Assembly (NCBI GenBank): GCA_041493605.1
Contig: JBGPZD010000003.1
Coordinates: 1 to 45,190, forward strand
Source: Candidatus Methylomirabilia bacterium
GTDB lineage: Bacteria; Methylomirabilota; Methylomirabilia; Rokubacteriales; CSP1-6
DNA: 45,190 nt
Direction of reading: 5' to 3'
Both the position numbers and the translations under genes were made by a program. This document shows positions 8,523 to 20,468 of the stretch, piece after piece (the stretch's first letter is position 1; every line of letters begins with the position of its first letter). Under the pieces are notes generated by a model. The model saw nothing but the letters and a program-made list of their open reading frames with translations. It searched no databases and was not told the DNA's origin.

Positions 8523-11500
8523 ATGAGGATCACCCGGCGCTTCACCAGGGAAGGCCAGAGCCCCTACGCGGGGATCGACTTCGATCAGCGCGTATCGGAG
8601 ATCAAGAACCCCGACGGCTCCACGGTCTTCCGCCAGGAGGGAATCCTGGTGCCCGCGGCCTGGTCGACGGTCGCCACGGACATCCTGGCCCAGAAGTACT
8701 TCCGCAAGTCCGGGGTGCCCCAACTCGACCCGGACGGGAAGCCCCTTCAGGACAAGGAGGGGCGCCCCGTGCTGGGTGGCGAGCGGGACGCCCGGCAGGT
8801 CTTCCACCGGCTGGCGGGGTGCTGGACCCACTGGGGGCAGAACTACGGCTACTTCGACACCCCGATCGATGCCCGCGCCTTCTATGACGAGCTCTCTCAC
8901 ATGCTGGCCACCCAGGTGGCCGCACCCAACTCCCCCCAGTGGTTCAATACGGGGCTGCACTACGCCTACGGGCTCACCGGGCCGGCCCAGGGACACTATT
9001 ATGTCGACCCCGACACGGGGGTGCTGACCCGCGCCACCTCGGCCTACGAGCGGCCCCAGCCCCACGCCTGCCAGCCCTACCACGCCTTGGTTTCCACGCC
9101 CCAAGGTCCAATTCGGATCGGCGACATCGTCACGGGCGGCCTGGTGGGCCTCGAGGTCTTCGACGGTCGCGATCGGGGGGCGGGGAGCACCCGCGTCGTC
9201 GCGGTCAAGGCGAACGGCGAGAAGGCCGTGTTCAGGGTCGAACTGAAGAACGGGATCTGCATTGAGGCCACCGGCGACCATCTGGTTTACGCCCTGCCCG
9301 CCCGCCGGGTGCCGGGTGCCTGGCGAAGGGTCGACGAGCTGACCCCTCGCATGCGTCTTCAACTCGCGACCCGAACCCATGTCGGCAAGCTCTCGGACGA
9401 CCTGTCCGCATGCGAGGCCGCGCTGGCCGGCTGGCTCCAAGGCGATGGCTTCGTGGGCCAGTACAGCCACGGGACGAACCGCAGCCTGACCCTCGAGTTC
9501 ATGACGATCGACAAGGACGAGTTCAGCTTCGTCCTGGAGCGGATCGAGCGCGTACTCCCAAGCGCGCACTATCACGTGCGCCACGTGGAGGCGCGCACCC
9601 CTGACCTCGACATCCGGCGAATCCGCCTGTACGGCGAGCGGCTGCGGCCCTTCGTAGAGCGGTACGGGCTCCTGCGCGAAGGTGAGGAACTCAAGGTCCC
9701 GGCTGCGATCATGACCGCCGGGCGTGAGGCCCAGGCCGCCTACCTCCAGGCACTCTTCCAGGCTGATGGCACGGTGCGGCGCCGGGGGGACCGTTCCTCC
9801 CGAACAGCCGACATCGTCCTCACCACCGTCTCCCCTTCACTCGCCCGCGGCGTCCAAGCCCTGCTCCTGAACCTCGGCATCTACTCCCGCATCGTCCTCG
9901 GGGTGGAGACTCGGGAGAACCGTCGGACGCCCTACTTCGTCTCGATCGGCTACGCCGAGTCGCGTGCCCGCTTCCGGGAACTGATCGACTTCGTGTCAGA
10001 GGACAAGAGGGCGAAGCTTGACGACGCTTGCTCCCAGCGCTTTCCGGGCAAGCGACTGCCGGGACTGCGCGAGGAGACCATCGTCAGCGTCGAGGCAGTC
10101 GGCGTCCAGCCCGTCTACGACATCCAGACCGAGAGCGGCCAGTACCTCTCCAACAACGTGGTGGTGCACAACTGCTTCATCCAGTCCGTCAGCGACGACC
10201 TCGTCAACGACGGCGGGATCATGGATCTCTGGACCCGCGAGGCCCGCATCTTCAAGTACGGCTCGGGCACCGGCTCCAACTTCTCCGCCCTGCGCGGCGA
10301 GGACGAGCCGCTCTCGGGCGGCGGCAAGTCCTCCGGCCTCATGTCCTTCCTCAAGATCGGCGACCGGGCGGCCGGGGCCATCAAGTCGGGCGGCACCACC
10401 CGGCGGGCGGCCAAGATGGTCTGCCTCGATCTGGATCACCCGGACGTGATGGAATTCATCCGCTGGAAGGTGGTCGAGGAGCAGAAGGTCGCCTCGCTCG
10501 TGGCCGGCTCGCGGCTGGGCAAGCGCCGGCTCCAGGCGGTGCTCCAGGCCGCAGGGACCGCGGCCGGCCTCGAGGCCGACCCCAAGAAGAACCCGGCGCT
10601 TCGGTCCGCCATGCGGGAAGCGCGGGCGGCCCTGGTGCCCGAGGCCTATATCCAGAAGGTGCTCCAGCTGGCCGCCCAGGGCGTGACCGAGCTGTCCTTC
10701 CCCGAGTACGACACCGATTGGGACAGCGAGGCCTACCTCACCGTCTCGGGCCAGAACTCCAACAACAGCGTCCGCGTGCCCAACAGCTTCATCGACGCGC
10801 TCGAGAAGGGCGGCGAGTGGACGCTCCGCCGCCGGACCGACGGCGCGCCGGCGAAGAAGATCCCGGCCGCCCAGATCTGGGACGAGATCGCCTACGCGGC
10901 CTGGGCCTGCGCCGACCCCGGCCTGCAGTACGACACGACGATCAACGAGTGGCACACCTGCCCCGAGGACGGGCGCATCAACGCCAGCAACCCGTGCTCG
11001 GAATACATGTTCCTCGACGACACGGCCTGCAACCTGGCCTCCGTGAACCTGGTCAAGTTCCTGCGTCCGGACGGCAGTTTCGACATCGAAGGCTTCCGTC
11101 ACGCCTGCCGGCTGTGGACGGTGGTGCTCGAGATCAGCGTGCTGATGGCGTCCTACCCGAGCCCGACCATCGCGCAGAAGAGCTGGGACTACCGCACCCT
11201 GGGCCTGGGCTACGCCAATATGGGCACCGTGATCATGCGCAAGGGCATCCCGTACGATTCGCCGGAGGCGGTCGCCATCTGCGGCGCGCTCACGGCCATC
11301 ATGCACGGCGAGGCCTACGCGACCTCGGCCGAGATGGCGCGGGACCTGGGGCCCTTCCTCGGCTTCCAGCGCAACCGCGGCCACATGCTGCGCGTGATGC
11401 GCAACCACCGGCGGGCGGCCTACGACGCGCGGCCCGGGGAGTACGAGGGCCTGACCATCGCGCCGCTCGGGATCGACCCGGCCCACTGCCCGGCGCCCCT

Positions 11501-13097
11501 GCTCCAGGCGGCCCGGGAGACCTGGGACCGCGCCGTGGCCTTGGGCGAGGCCCACGGCTATCGGAACGCGCAGGTAACGGTTCTTGCGCCCACCGGCACC
11601 ATCGGGCTCGTGATGGACTGCGACACCACGGGCATCGAGCCCGACTTCGCCCTGGTCAAGTTCAAGAAATTGGCCGGCGGCGGCTACTTCAAGATCATCA
11701 ACCAGAGCCTGCCCGTGGCGCTCAACGCCCTGGGCTATTCGGCCGCGCAGATCGACGACACCGTGGCCTACTGTGTGGGCCGGAAGACCCTCAGGGGCGC
11801 GCCCTTCATCAACCACGACACGCTCAAGGCCAAAGGGTTCGACGACGCCGGCATCGCACGGATCGAGGCGGCGTTGGAGGGCTCCTTCGACATCACGTTC
11901 GCCTTCAACGCCTGGACTCTGGGCGAGGGCTATGTCCAGGAGCGGCTGGGCCTCAACGCGGCGCAGCTCGGCGAGTGGAACGGCAACCTGCTCCGGGCGC
12001 TCGGGTTCGGCCCGGCCGAGATTGAGGCGGCCAACGAACACTGCTGCGGCACCATGACGGTGGAGGGTGCGCCGCACCTCAAGGTTGAGCACCTGCCGGT
12101 GTTCGACTGCGCCAACCGCTGCGGCAAGAAGGGCCGGCGTTTCATTCTGGTGGACGCCCACATCAAGATGATGGCCGCCGCCCAGCCCTTCCTTTCCGGC
12201 GCGATCAGCAAGACCATCAACATGCCCGTGGACGCCACCGTCGAGGACGTTAAGCGCACCTACCACGCAGGCTGGCGCAGCATGCTCAAAGCCGTGGCCC
12301 TCTATCGCGACGGCTCCAAGCTCTCGCAGCCGCTCAACTCCACGACGGACGACGAAGAGGAAGCCGTGGCGGCGGACGTCCAGGCGGTGGCCGAGCGGAT
12401 GACCGAGCGCGTGGTGACCAAGTACCTGCGCGAGCGGCACCGCCTGCCGGACCGGCGCTCGGGCTACACGCAGAAGGCCGTCGTGGGCGGTCACAAGGTC
12501 TACCTGCGCACCGGGGAATACGAGGACGGCTCCGTCGGCGAGATCTTCCTCGACATGCACAAGGAAGGCGCCGCCTTCCGCTCGCTCATGAACTGCTTCG
12601 CCATCGCCATCTCGCTGGGGCTCCAGCACGGGGTGCCGCTCGAGGAGTTCGTGGACGCTTTCGTCTTCACCCGCTTCGAGCCCAACGGCATGGTCAAGGG
12701 CAACGACCGCATCAAGATGTCCACCAGCGTCATCGACTACGTCTTCCGCGAGCTGGCCATCACCTATCTGGGGCGGACCGATCTCTCCCACGTGCCCGAG
12801 GAGGACCTGCGCAGCGACACCCTCGGCAGCAAGCCCGGCCAGGGCCCGGTGGCTGTCGTCGAGCCGGCCCTACCGGCCGAGCCGCCGCCGAGCCGGCTCG
12901 TCACGGCTCGGGCCATCGCCCCGGTGAGCGGCGGCAGTGGCGGCGTGGCCGCGGCCAAGATCCTCTCGGCGTCCGACCTCGCGCGACTCAAGGGCTATGA
13001 GGGAGACCCGTGCGGGGACTGCGGGCAGTTCACCATGGTGCGCAACGGTACCTGCCTGAAGTGCATCACGTGCGGCACGACAACGGGCTGCTCTTGA
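8523..13097 (+). CDS. nrdJ: vitamin B12-dependent (class II) ribonucleotide reductase, intein-containing, with C-terminal TSCPD and Zn-ribbon domains
   Basis: Motifs [13 protein letters not shown]|CFI, SNPCSEY, ACNLAS, APTGTI, ISKTIN and C-terminal CxxC...CxxC..GCS; GGAGG SD before ATG 8523. Confidence 0.95.
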   Translation: MRITRRFTREGQSPYAGIDFDQRVSEIKNPDGSTVFRQEGILVPAAWSTVATDILAQKYFRKSGVPQLDPDGKPLQDKEGRPVLGGERDARQVFHRLAGCWTHWGQNYGYFDTPIDARAFYDELSHMLATQVAAPNSPQWFNTGLHYAYGLTGPAQGHYYVDPDTGVLTRATSAYERPQPHACQPYHALVSTPQGPIRIGDIVTGGLVGLEVFDGRDRGAGSTRVVAVKANGEKAVFRVELKNGICIEATGDHLVYALPARRVPGAWRRVDELTPRMRLQLATRTHVGKLSDDLSACEAALAGWLQGDGFVGQYSHGTNRSLTLEFMTIDKDEFSFVLERIERVLPSAHYHVRHVEARTPDLDIRRIRLYGERLRPFVERYGLLREGEELKVPAAIMTAGREAQAAYLQALFQADGTVRRRGDRSSRTADIVLTTVSPSLARGVQALLLNLGIYSRIVLGVETRENRRTPYFVSIGYAESRARFRELIDFVSEDKRAKLDDACSQRFPGKRLPGLREETIVSVEAVGVQPVYDIQTESGQYLSNNVVVHNCFIQSVSDDLVNDGGIMDLWTREARIFKYGSGTGSNFSALRGEDEPLSGGGKSSGLMSFLKIGDRAAGAIKSGGTTRRAAKMVCLDLDHPDVMEFIRWKVVEEQKVASLVAGSRLGKRRLQAVLQAAGTAAGLEADPKKNPALRSAMREARAALVPEAYIQKVLQLAAQGVTELSFPEYDTDWDSEAYLTVSGQNSNNSVRVPNSFIDALEKGGEWTLRRRTDGAPAKKIPAAQIWDEIAYAAWACADPGLQYDTTINEWHTCPEDGRINASNPCSEYMFLDDTACNLASVNLVKFLRPDGSFDIEGFRHACRLWTVVLEISVLMASYPSPTIAQKSWDYRTLGLGYANMGTVIMRKGIPYDSPEAVAICGALTAIMHGEAYATSAEMARDLGPFLGFQRNRGHMLRVMRNHRRAAYDARPGEYEGLTIAPLGIDPAHCPAPLLQAARETWDRAVALGEAHGYRNAQVTVLAPTGTIGLVMDCDTTGIEPDFALVKFKKLAGGGYFKIINQSLPVALNALGYSAAQIDDTVAYCVGRKTLRGAPFINHDTLKAKGFDDAGIARIEAALEGSFDITFAFNAWTLGEGYVQERLGLNAAQLGEWNGNLLRALGFGPAEIEAANEHCCGTMTVEGAPHLKVEHLPVFDCANRCGKKGRRFILVDAHIKMMAAAQPFLSGAISKTINMPVDATVEDVKRTYHAGWRSMLKAVALYRDGSKLSQPLNSTTDDEEEAVAADVQAVAERMTERVVTKYLRERHRLPDRRSGYTQKAVVGGHKVYLRTGEYEDGSVGEIFLDMHKEGAAFRSLMNCFAIAISLGLQHGVPLEEFVDAFVFTRFEPNGMVKGNDRIKMSTSVIDYVFRELAITYLGRTDLSHVPEEDLRSDTLGSKPGQGPVAVVEPALPAEPPPSRLVTARAIAPVSGGSGGVAAAKILSASDLARLKGYEGDPCGDCGQFTMVRNGTCLKCITCGTTTGCS
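9069..10172 (+). mobile_element. 368-aa intein with LAGLIDADG homing endonuclease in NrdJ
   Basis: Starts CQPYHALV and ends VVVHN followed by Cys+1. Block B ATGDH; endonuclease blocks LAGWLQGDG and [10 protein letters not shown]; block [11 protein letters not shown]. Confidence 0.93.
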
Positions 13098-13111
13098 TAT
13101 GACGCGTCCTG

Positions 13112-13285
13112 AGCATCGCCCTTCGATTCGGCAATCTCCAGTCTAATCCGCCACAGCAAACGGTAATCGTCAACGACGGCGGCTTCACTGACACCGGGGC
13201 CGCTCTCGTCGACCACATCAAGGAGCACTCCAAGACTGACCGCGTTGACGTCGTCATCTCCACCCACCCCGACGCAGACCACTCT
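13112..13285 (+). pseudogene. internal fragment of a ComEC/Rec2-like metallo-beta-lactamase-fold hydrolase
   Basis: Manual translation gives SIALRFGN...VIVNDGGFTDTG..LVDHIKEH...VDVVISTHPDADH (HxDxDH). There is no start codon, and similarity ends right after the motif. Confidence 0.7.
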
Positions 13286-13741
13286 GTTTTTTCGACGTCA
13301 GCGGAAATGGGACCGCGAGGGGCAGTGCGGTAACCGACGGTTCGCGCAGGCAGTTCGCCCCTAAGCCGGGCCAGCCAGGCCCGGGAGGAGGAGGGCGGAA
13401 TGATGAGCGAATCGGGTTCGAAGGGTAGATCCGCGAGGGCAGCGAAGAGCGGCGAGCTTCTCCAGGAACTCGCCGGGCTCGATCAGCAGATGCGGTGCCT
13501 GATGATCCCGGGGAGGGCTCCCACCCTGTGATTCAAGACCCCCCCGATTTGACCGCTGATCCCCGCCCTGATAGGATCGGCCGGGGTGGGAGGGGGATTA
13601 TCCGCGCTGTGCCAAGGAAGGCCCGAGGCAGACCCCGGGGGAAGGCCCTCGGGCGCGGTGGGCCATGGCTGACAATGGGTTTATGTTATCTACGCCCGGC
13701 GGCCACTCGGGCCGCGGCGACAACACAAGGGGGGCCTCGGC

Positions 13742-14044
13742 GTGCATCTGACACCCAGAGAGCAAGAGAAGCTGATGATCTTCACCGCGGCGGAGGTCGC
13801 CAGGCGGCGCCGCGCGCGGGACCTGAAGCTCAACTACCCCGAGGCCATGGCGATCATCACGGCCGACATCTTAGAGGGGGCGCGGGACGGAAAGTCGGTG
13901 TCCGTCCTGATGCAGGCCGGGACCAAGATCCTGACGCGCGCGGACGTGATGGAGGGTGTCCCGGAGATGATCGAGGAGGTCCAGGTGGAGGCGACGTTCC
14001 CGGACGGGACCAAGCTGGTGACCGTCCATAACCCCATCCGATAG
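13742..14044 (+). CDS. ureA: urease subunit gamma
   Basis: [11 protein letters not shown]...LNYPEA...[18 protein letters not shown]. Confidence 0.97.
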   Translation: MHLTPREQEKLMIFTAAEVARRRRARDLKLNYPEAMAIITADILEGARDGKSVSVLMQAGTKILTRADVMEGVPEMIEEVQVEATFPDGTKLVTVHNPIR

Positions 14045-14054
14045 GGAGGGCTCG

Positions 14055-14429
14055 GTGATACCGGGGGAGATCTTTCCGGCGGCTTCCGACATCGTGGCCA
14101 ACGCGGGCCGCCGGACCGTCCAGCTCATGGTGGCCAACACAGGCGATCGGCCGGTGCAGATCGGCGCGCACTACCATTTCTTTGAGGTGAACAAGGCCCT
14201 CCGCTTCGATCGGGAGAAGGCCTTCGGGATGCGTCTGAACATTCCTTCGGGCACCACCATGCGCTTCGAGCCGGGGGACGAGCGCACCGTGACCCTGGTG
14301 GAGATCCTGGGCAAGAAGATCATGCGCGGGCTGAACGCCCTGACCGACGGTGACATGGCCTCTCCCGAGGTCCGCAAGCGGGCGTTGGCACAGGCCCGGG
14401 CCCGCGGCTTCAAAGGAGCGGGGGAATGA
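14055..14429 (+). CDS. ureB: urease subunit beta
   Basis: [29 protein letters not shown]. Confidence 0.97.
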   Translation: MIPGEIFPAASDIVANAGRRTVQLMVANTGDRPVQIGAHYHFFEVNKALRFDREKAFGMRLNIPSGTTMRFEPGDERTVTLVEILGKKIMRGLNALTDGDMASPEVRKRALAQARARGFKGAGE

Positions 14430-16144
14430 GCCTCAAAATCGACCGCAAGAGCTACGCGGCGATGTTCGGCCCCACGGTCGGGGACCGCGTGCGCCTCGCC
14501 GATACCGACCTGATCATCGAGGTGGAGAAGGATTACGCGGTCTACGGCGAGGAGACGCGCTACGGGCCGGGGAAGGTGCTGCGCGACGGGCTGGGCCAGG
14601 CCCCCGACGCCACCTGGGAGGGCGGCGCCCTCGACCTGGTGATCTCCAACGTCATCATCCTGGACCACTGGGGGATCGTCAAGGCGGACATCGGGATCCG
14701 TGACGGTAAGATCGCCGGCATCGGCAAGGCCGGCAACCCGAACATCATGGAGGGAGTCACGCCCGGCATGGTGGTGGGCGCCGCCACCGAGGCCCTGGCC
14801 GGCGAGGGAATGATCGCCACGGCGGGCGGGATCGATTCCCACGTCCACTACATCTGCCCGCAGCAGGTCACCGAGGCCTTCGGCTCCGGCATCACCACCA
14901 TGATCGGGGGCGGCACCGGCCCGGCCACTGGCACCAACGCCACCACCTGCACCCCGGGCCCCTGGAACATCCACCGGATGTTGGAGGCGGCCGAAGAGTA
15001 CCCGATGAACTTCGGCTTCCAGGGCAAGGGGAACTCCTCCCTGCCGCAGGGGCTGCGGGAGCAGGCCGAGGCCGGCGCCATGGGGTTCAAGCTCCACGAG
15101 GACTGGGGGACCACCCCCGCCGCCATCGACTGCTGCCTGCGGGTGGCCGACGAGTACGACGTGCAGGTGACGATCCACACGGACACGCTGAACGAGACCG
15201 GCTTCGTGGAGGACACCATTGCCGCCATCGCCGGACGGAGCATTCATGCCTACCACGTGGAGGGCGCCGGCGGCGGCCACGCCCCCGACATCATCAAGAT
15301 CGTCTCTTACCCGAACGTCCTCACCTCCTCCACCAACCCGACCAGGCCGTACACCGTCAACACCGTGGAGGAGCACCTGGACATGCTGATGGTGTGCCAC
15401 CACCTGTCGCCCAAGATCCCCGAGGACATCGCCCAGGCCGAGGCCCGCATCCGCCCCGAGACCATCGCCGCCGAGGACATCCTCCACGACCTGGGCGCCA
15501 TAAGCATGATCGGGTCGGACTCGCAGGCCATGGGACGCGTCAGCGAGACCATCATCCGCACCTGGCAGACGGCCGACAAGATGAAGCGGCAGCGGGGCCG
15601 CCTCCCAGAGGAGCGGGGCGACAACGACAACGTGCGGGTCAAGCGCTACGTCGCCAAGTACACCGTCAACGTGGCCATCGCCCACGGGTTCGCGGAGCAT
15701 ATCGGCTCCCTGGAGGTGGGCAAGCTGGCCGACATCGTCCTCTTTAAGCCGAAGTTCTTCGGGGTGAAGCCCGACATGGTCATCAAGGGCGGGTTCATCA
15801 CCTATATGGCCATGGGCGATCCTGGCTCCACGATTCCAACCCCGCAGCCCGTCATCGGCCGCTATATGTGGGGCGGGATGGGCCGCGCCAAGCAGTCTGT
15901 CTCCATCTCCTTTGTCTCCCAGGCGGCTTACCAGGCCGGCGTCCACAAAAAGCTGGGGCTGCAGAAGCGGGTGATCCCCGTGCGCAACTGCCGCGCCCTG
16001 GGCAAGAAGGACATGATCCACAACACGGCCCTCCCCAAGGTGGACGTGGACCCAGAAACCTACGAGGTCTACGCGGACGGCCAGCTGATCACCTGCGAGC
16101 CGGCCAGCGTGCTGCCCTTGGCCCAGCGGTATTTCCTCTTCTAG
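14426..16144 (+). CDS. ureC: urease subunit alpha
   Basis: All Ni ligands are present ([39 protein letters not shown]), as are the flap MVCHHL and terminal PLAQRYFLF. Confidence 0.98.
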   Translation: MSLKIDRKSYAAMFGPTVGDRVRLADTDLIIEVEKDYAVYGEETRYGPGKVLRDGLGQAPDATWEGGALDLVISNVIILDHWGIVKADIGIRDGKIAGIGKAGNPNIMEGVTPGMVVGAATEALAGEGMIATAGGIDSHVHYICPQQVTEAFGSGITTMIGGGTGPATGTNATTCTPGPWNIHRMLEAAEEYPMNFGFQGKGNSSLPQGLREQAEAGAMGFKLHEDWGTTPAAIDCCLRVADEYDVQVTIHTDTLNETGFVEDTIAAIAGRSIHAYHVEGAGGGHAPDIIKIVSYPNVLTSSTNPTRPYTVNTVEEHLDMLMVCHHLSPKIPEDIAQAEARIRPETIAAEDILHDLGAISMIGSDSQAMGRVSETIIRTWQTADKMKRQRGRLPEERGDNDNVRVKRYVAKYTVNVAIAHGFAEHIGSLEVGKLADIVLFKPKFFGVKPDMVIKGGFITYMAMGDPGSTIPTPQPVIGRYMWGGMGRAKQSVSISFVSQAAYQAGVHKKLGLQKRVIPVRNCRALGKKDMIHNTALPKVDVDPETYEVYADGQLITCEPASVLPLAQRYFLF

Positions 16145-16162
16145 CGCGGGGCATCCTAACGC

Positions 16163-16705
16163 ATGATCGTCGTCGAAGCAGTCCTGGGCAACCTCGGCGA
16201 GGACGCGCGCCTTCGGGACCTGCACCGGCGCTGGCAGGCGGAGGGGTGCGCGGAGACCGTGGCCTTGACACCCCTGGACGCCCAGAAGGGCCGGCTCCGC
16301 ATCCAGACCGACAAGGGGACGCCCCTCGGGCTGAGCCTCGGGCGGGGCGCCTCCTTGCGGGACGGCGACGTCCTCTACCTGGACGAGGCGCAGCGGCGGA
16401 TCATCGTGGCGCGGCTCACGCCGGAGGAGGTGCTGGTGATCACCGTGCAGCCGGCCGTCTCCGCCGAGGAGCTCCTCCGCGTCGCCGTCCGGCTCGGCCA
16501 CGTTCTGGGGAACCAGCACTGGCCCGTGAAGGTCGAAGGCCTGTCGGTGTACGTCCCGGTCTCCGTGGACAAGCAGGTGATGCAAACGGTTCTGAAGACC
16601 TATGGCCTGCAGGGGATCACGTACCGCTTCGAGGAGGCGAGCGTGGGGGCCATCCCGCGGACCGTCCCGCACGACCACCCGCACCCCGATGGGCATCATC
16701 ACTGA
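16163..16705 (+). CDS. ureE: urease accessory Ni chaperone
   Basis: LRDGDVL, GHVLGNQHWP and a His-rich C-terminal tail. Confidence 0.9.
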   Translation: MIVVEAVLGNLGEDARLRDLHRRWQAEGCAETVALTPLDAQKGRLRIQTDKGTPLGLSLGRGASLRDGDVLYLDEAQRRIIVARLTPEEVLVITVQPAVSAEELLRVAVRLGHVLGNQHWPVKVEGLSVYVPVSVDKQVMQTVLKTYGLQGITYRFEEASVGAIPRTVPHDHPHPDGHHH

Positions 16706-17432
16706 GCCCGACCCCGTGCCCGGGGCCGCGGGGCCATCAGCCAGCGCCCCCGGCGCGGCGTTCCTGAGCGCCCTGCAGTTGTCCGACACGTTCTTCCCTA
16801 CCGGCCTGTACACGCTGTCCTACGGGTTCGAGGCGTTCGTCCAGGCGGGGCTGGCCTCCAAGGCCAACCTGGAGGCGCTGCTCCGGGACTACCTGGAGCA
16901 CGTCCTCGGGCCCTCCGACGGCGTGGCCCTCTCCCAGGCCCATTGCGCCGTCGAGGCGCAGGATTTAGCGCGCCTCCTGGAGATCGACCGCCGCCTCGGC
17001 GCCCTGAAGCTGGTCCGGGAGGCCCGCGAGGCCTCGCGGCGCGTCGGCCGGCGGATCCTGGCCACAGCGGTCACGCTCACCTCCCACCAGCTGCTGGCGG
17101 ACTACCGGGCCGCCGCGGACGGGGCGACTACCCCGGGCAACGCGGCGGTGGCCCTCGGCTCAGTGGCGGCTGCCCTTCGCATCCCGCGGCGGGAGGCCCT
17201 GCTGATCGAGCTCCACACCTTCACCACGAGCCTGCTCGGGGCCGCCATGCGCCTTATCCGGCTCGACCACGAAGAGGCCCAGGTTATCCTTGGCCGCGTG
17301 AAGCCCCTGATGCTGCGTGTGGCCGAGGAGAACATGGACCGGAGTGCGTCGGAGATGCGCGCCTTCGCTCCCCTCATCGACATCATGGCCATGGGGCACG
17401 AGCGGGCCTCCGTCCGCTTGTTCATCAGCTGA
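16689..17432 (+). CDS. ureF: urease accessory protein
   Basis: [20 protein letters not shown] and terminal [11 protein letters not shown]. Confidence 0.92.
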   Translation: MGIITEPDPVPGAAGPSASAPGAAFLSALQLSDTFFPTGLYTLSYGFEAFVQAGLASKANLEALLRDYLEHVLGPSDGVALSQAHCAVEAQDLARLLEIDRRLGALKLVREAREASRRVGRRILATAVTLTSHQLLADYRAAADGATTPGNAAVALGSVAAALRIPRREALLIELHTFTTSLLGAAMRLIRLDHEEAQVILGRVKPLMLRVAEENMDRSASEMRAFAPLIDIMAMGHERASVRLFIS

Positions 17433-17443
17433 GGAGGACGCCC

Positions 17444-18085
17444 ATGGCGAAACGCATCCCACGCATCGGAATCGGCGGCCCGGTGGGCTCGGGGAAGACG
17501 GCCCTCATCGAGTGCCTCGTCCCCCGCTTGATGGCTGACGGATACAAGGTCATCGTGGTGACCAACGACATCGTCACGGTGGAGGACGCGCTCCACGTGA
17601 AGCGAGCCCTCGCCGGAATCCTGGAGCCGGAACGGATCCTGGGCGTCGAGACAGGGGCCTGCCCCCACACCGCCGTCCGCGAGGACCCGACCATGAACCT
17701 GGCCTTCGTCGAAGAGATGGAGACCCGCTTCCCGGATTCGGACCTCTTGTTCCTGGAGAGTGGAGGGGACAACCTCACCCTCACCTTCAGCCCGGCCCTG
17801 GTGGACTATTTCATCTACGTCATCGACGTGGCGGCCGGGGACAAGATCCCCCGCAAGAACGGACCAGGTATCACCCAATCCGACCTCCTGGTAATCAACA
17901 AGGTGGACCTCGCGCCCCACGTCGGGGCCAGCCTGGAGGTCATGGCGCGGGATTCCCAGAAAATGCGAGGCGCCAAGCCGTTCCTGTTCACCAACTGTAT
18001 GACGCGCGTCGGTATCGACGAGGTGGTGATCCTCATCAAGCGCGAGGTCCTGTTCGAGGAGGTGGAGCGGCAGGCTCAGGAGTAG
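17444..18085 (+). CDS. ureG: urease accessory GTPase
   Basis: [23 protein letters not shown] and NKVDLAP; GAGGAGG SD before ATG 17444. Confidence 0.96.
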   Translation: MAKRIPRIGIGGPVGSGKTALIECLVPRLMADGYKVIVVTNDIVTVEDALHVKRALAGILEPERILGVETGACPHTAVREDPTMNLAFVEEMETRFPDSDLLFLESGGDNLTLTFSPALVDYFIYVIDVAAGDKIPRKNGPGITQSDLLVINKVDLAPHVGASLEVMARDSQKMRGAKPFLFTNCMTRVGIDEVVILIKREVLFEEVERQAQE

Positions 18086-18091
18086 CGCCCG

Positions 18092-18937
18092 GTGGGCATG
18101 GAGGGGGTGCTCAGGCTGGAATTCGCCTCCCGGGACGGCGTCACGGCGATCGCGGACCGGTACCAAGAGGCCCCGCTCCAGGTGCAGAAGGTTCTCTATC
18201 CGCACGCGGCCTTCCCCGGCATGGCCTGGGTGTACGTCCTTACCGTGACCGGCGGGATCGTCCAGGGGGACCGGCTCCAGACCGAGATCATCGCCCGGGA
18301 CGAGGCCCAAGTTCACGTGACCACCCCGGCCGCCACGAAGATCTACCGCTCGCCGGCAGCGCCCGCCTCGCACCGTCTGCACATTCAGGCCGCTGCGGGG
18401 AGCTACGTCGAATACCTCCCGGGGCCGGTGATCCCCTTTCGCGGCTCCCGCTTCCTGGAGGAAGTGACCTTGGTGGCCCATCCGAGGGCAACGTTGGTGT
18501 ACGGCAGTATCCTGAGCCCCGGCCGCGTGGCCATGGGCGAAGCCCACGCCTACGATCTCTACGCCTCGCGCGTCACGGCACAGCGGCCCGACGGCAGGCT
18601 GGAATTCCTGGACGTCACGCACCTGGCGCCGGCCACCATGAGCTCCACGCACCCCGGGCTGCTCGGCCGCTTCGATGCGCTGGGGACGCTCCACGTGTGG
18701 ACCGGCAGCATTCCCCCGCGCGATCTCAGCGACCTGCTGCATCGCGTCCTCCAGGACTCGGAAGACCTCCTCGGCGGCACCAGCGAACTCCCGTCCGGGC
18801 GGGGGGTCACCGTGAGAATGGTCGGGCCGCGAGTGGAGATTGTGGCCGCCGCCCTTGCGGCGGTCGTCGCCACGGCGCGGGCAGCCATCCTGGGAGTGGC
18901 CGGGTCGGCGAGCAGGGCGCCGGTAATCCCTGACTGA
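18092..18937 (+). CDS. ureD: urease accessory protein UreD/UreH
   Basis: GGIVQGD, TTPAATKIY and EYLPGPVIPF; last gene of the operon. Confidence 0.92.
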   Translation: MGMEGVLRLEFASRDGVTAIADRYQEAPLQVQKVLYPHAAFPGMAWVYVLTVTGGIVQGDRLQTEIIARDEAQVHVTTPAATKIYRSPAAPASHRLHIQAAAGSYVEYLPGPVIPFRGSRFLEEVTLVAHPRATLVYGSILSPGRVAMGEAHAYDLYASRVTAQRPDGRLEFLDVTHLAPATMSSTHPGLLGRFDALGTLHVWTGSIPPRDLSDLLHRVLQDSEDLLGGTSELPSGRGVTVRMVGPRVEIVAAALAAVVATARAAILGVAGSASRAPVIPD

Positions 18938-19269
18938 ACGCTCCTTCACCCGGCCCCTTCCCCCTCGCGGGGGGGGTCTCGTCTCTGGAGTCCGCAGGGC
19001 GCTGACTTTGCTGGCTTTCCCCACTTCGGCGGCGGGCGCCGGGGCTCAGCCGTCGTCGCCGCGCCCTCTGACGCGGTGAGGCTGACGCACCGGTATGACG
19101 CGCGAGGGCTACTAGGCGCTTGCCCTCGGCCGGGAGAGGGGCCATGCTCGGGCCGCTAGGACATCCCAATTTTTTTATGACGGGCCGTTAGCCCGCCGCC
19201 GGTCGTCCTGCGGGACCCGGCATGTTATACCTGGGCCCGAAACGCCACGCGCGTTTCGGGAGCACTCAT

Positions 19270-19301
19270 CGGGGAGGCGCTGCCGCCTCCCCGTTTTCTT
19301 T
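19270..19301 (+). terminator. intrinsic terminator in the leader of the nitronate monooxygenase gene
   Basis: CGGGGAGGCG-ctgc-CGCCTCCCCG followed by TTTTCTTT, ~30 nt upstream of ATG 19332. Confidence 0.75.
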
Positions 19302-19331
19302 GCTTTAACGCCAGCCGAGGGAGGTTACGTC

Positions 19332-20468
19332 ATGGCGCCCTTCAGGACCGCTCTGTGCGATCTGCTCGGCATCGAGTATCCGGTCCTTCAGTCCGGGATG
19401 GGTGGAGTGGCGGGCCCCGAGCTGGTGGCCGAGGTGTCGCGCGCGGGCGGCCTCGGCATCCTGGCCGGGCTCAGGCTCACCGGCGACCAGCTGCGGGCGG
19501 GCATCCGGCGCGTGCGCGCGCTCACCGACCGGCCGTTCGGCGTCAACCTCTGGCTGCACACCGAGCTCATGCCGCCCGCCGACGTAAGCACGATCCCCGA
19601 GGGCACGGTGCGACAGGTCCAGGACACGCTCAACCGCTTCCGCACGAGGCTCGGCATCGCGACGAAGGAGGGGCGCCCGGAGGCGGTGCCCGATCTGATC
19701 CGCGAGGCCTTCGAGGTCATCCTGGACGAGCGCGTGCCGGTCTGGAGCATCGGTCTGGGCAACCCGGATTCGGTCTGGGTCCAGCGCTGCCACGAGCGCG
19801 GCGTCAAGATCGTGGCCATGGTCGCGACCGTAGACGACGCGCGGGCCGTCGCGGGCTCGGGCGTGGACGCCGTGATTGCTCAAGGGGCCGAAGCCGGCGG
19901 ACATCGCTCGACCTGGGTGAAGCCCGCCTCGCGCGAGGCGGCCCAGATCGGGGCCCTCGCGTTGGTGCCTCAGATCGTCGACGCGGTCAAGGTCCCGGTG
20001 ATCGCCGCCGGCGGGATCGCCGACGGCCGCGGCCTCGTGGCGGCGCTTGCGCTGGGGGCGCAGGGCGTGCTCCTGGGGACCCGCTTCGTCGCCACCCGGG
20101 AGGCCACGGCGGCCGAGTTCTGGAAGAAGAGCCTCCTCGAGCGCGGCAGCGAGGCGACCACGATCACCGACGCCGTCTCGGGGCTGTACGCGCGCGCGCT
20201 GCGCAATACGTACACCGAGGAGTACGCCGCCTCGGGCGCGCCCGTACTCCCGCCCCTCGTTCAATCCAACGCGGCCAAGGACATCTTCGACGCCGCGGTC
20301 GCCCAACAAAACGGCGAGTATTACCCGATGTGGTCGGGGCAGAGCGTGGGGTTGATCCACGACCTCCCGGGCGCCGGCGAAGTGGTGGAGGCGATCGTGC
20401 GAGAGGCGCGCGCCGTGCTGGAGCAGTTGCCGACGCGGGTGCGACTCAGCGACCCGCGCCGGGACTAG
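19332..20468 (+). CDS. nitronate monooxygenase / FabK-like flavin oxidoreductase
   Basis: Motifs PVLQSGMGG, PFGVNL, QGAEAGGH, PVIAAGGIADGRG, GTRF and WSGQSVGLI. Confidence 0.9.
   Translation: MAPFRTALCDLLGIEYPVLQSGMGGVAGPELVAEVSRAGGLGILAGLRLTGDQLRAGIRRVRALTDRPFGVNLWLHTELMPPADVSTIPEGTVRQVQDTLNRFRTRLGIATKEGRPEAVPDLIREAFEVILDERVPVWSIGLGNPDSVWVQRCHERGVKIVAMVATVDDARAVAGSGVDAVIAQGAEAGGHRSTWVKPASREAAQIGALALVPQIVDAVKVPVIAAGGIADGRGLVAALALGAQGVLLGTRFVATREATAAEFWKKSLLERGSEATTITDAVSGLYARALRNTYTEEYAASGAPVLPPLVQSNAAKDIFDAAVAQQNGEYYPMWSGQSVGLIHDLPGAGEVVEAIVREARAVLEQLPTRVRLSDPRRD

Noticed and set aside
19168-19195. T-run + CCGTTAG as an integron attC or IS end
   Set aside because: No matching inverse core or partner inverted repeat was found, and there is no integrase or transposase in the window.
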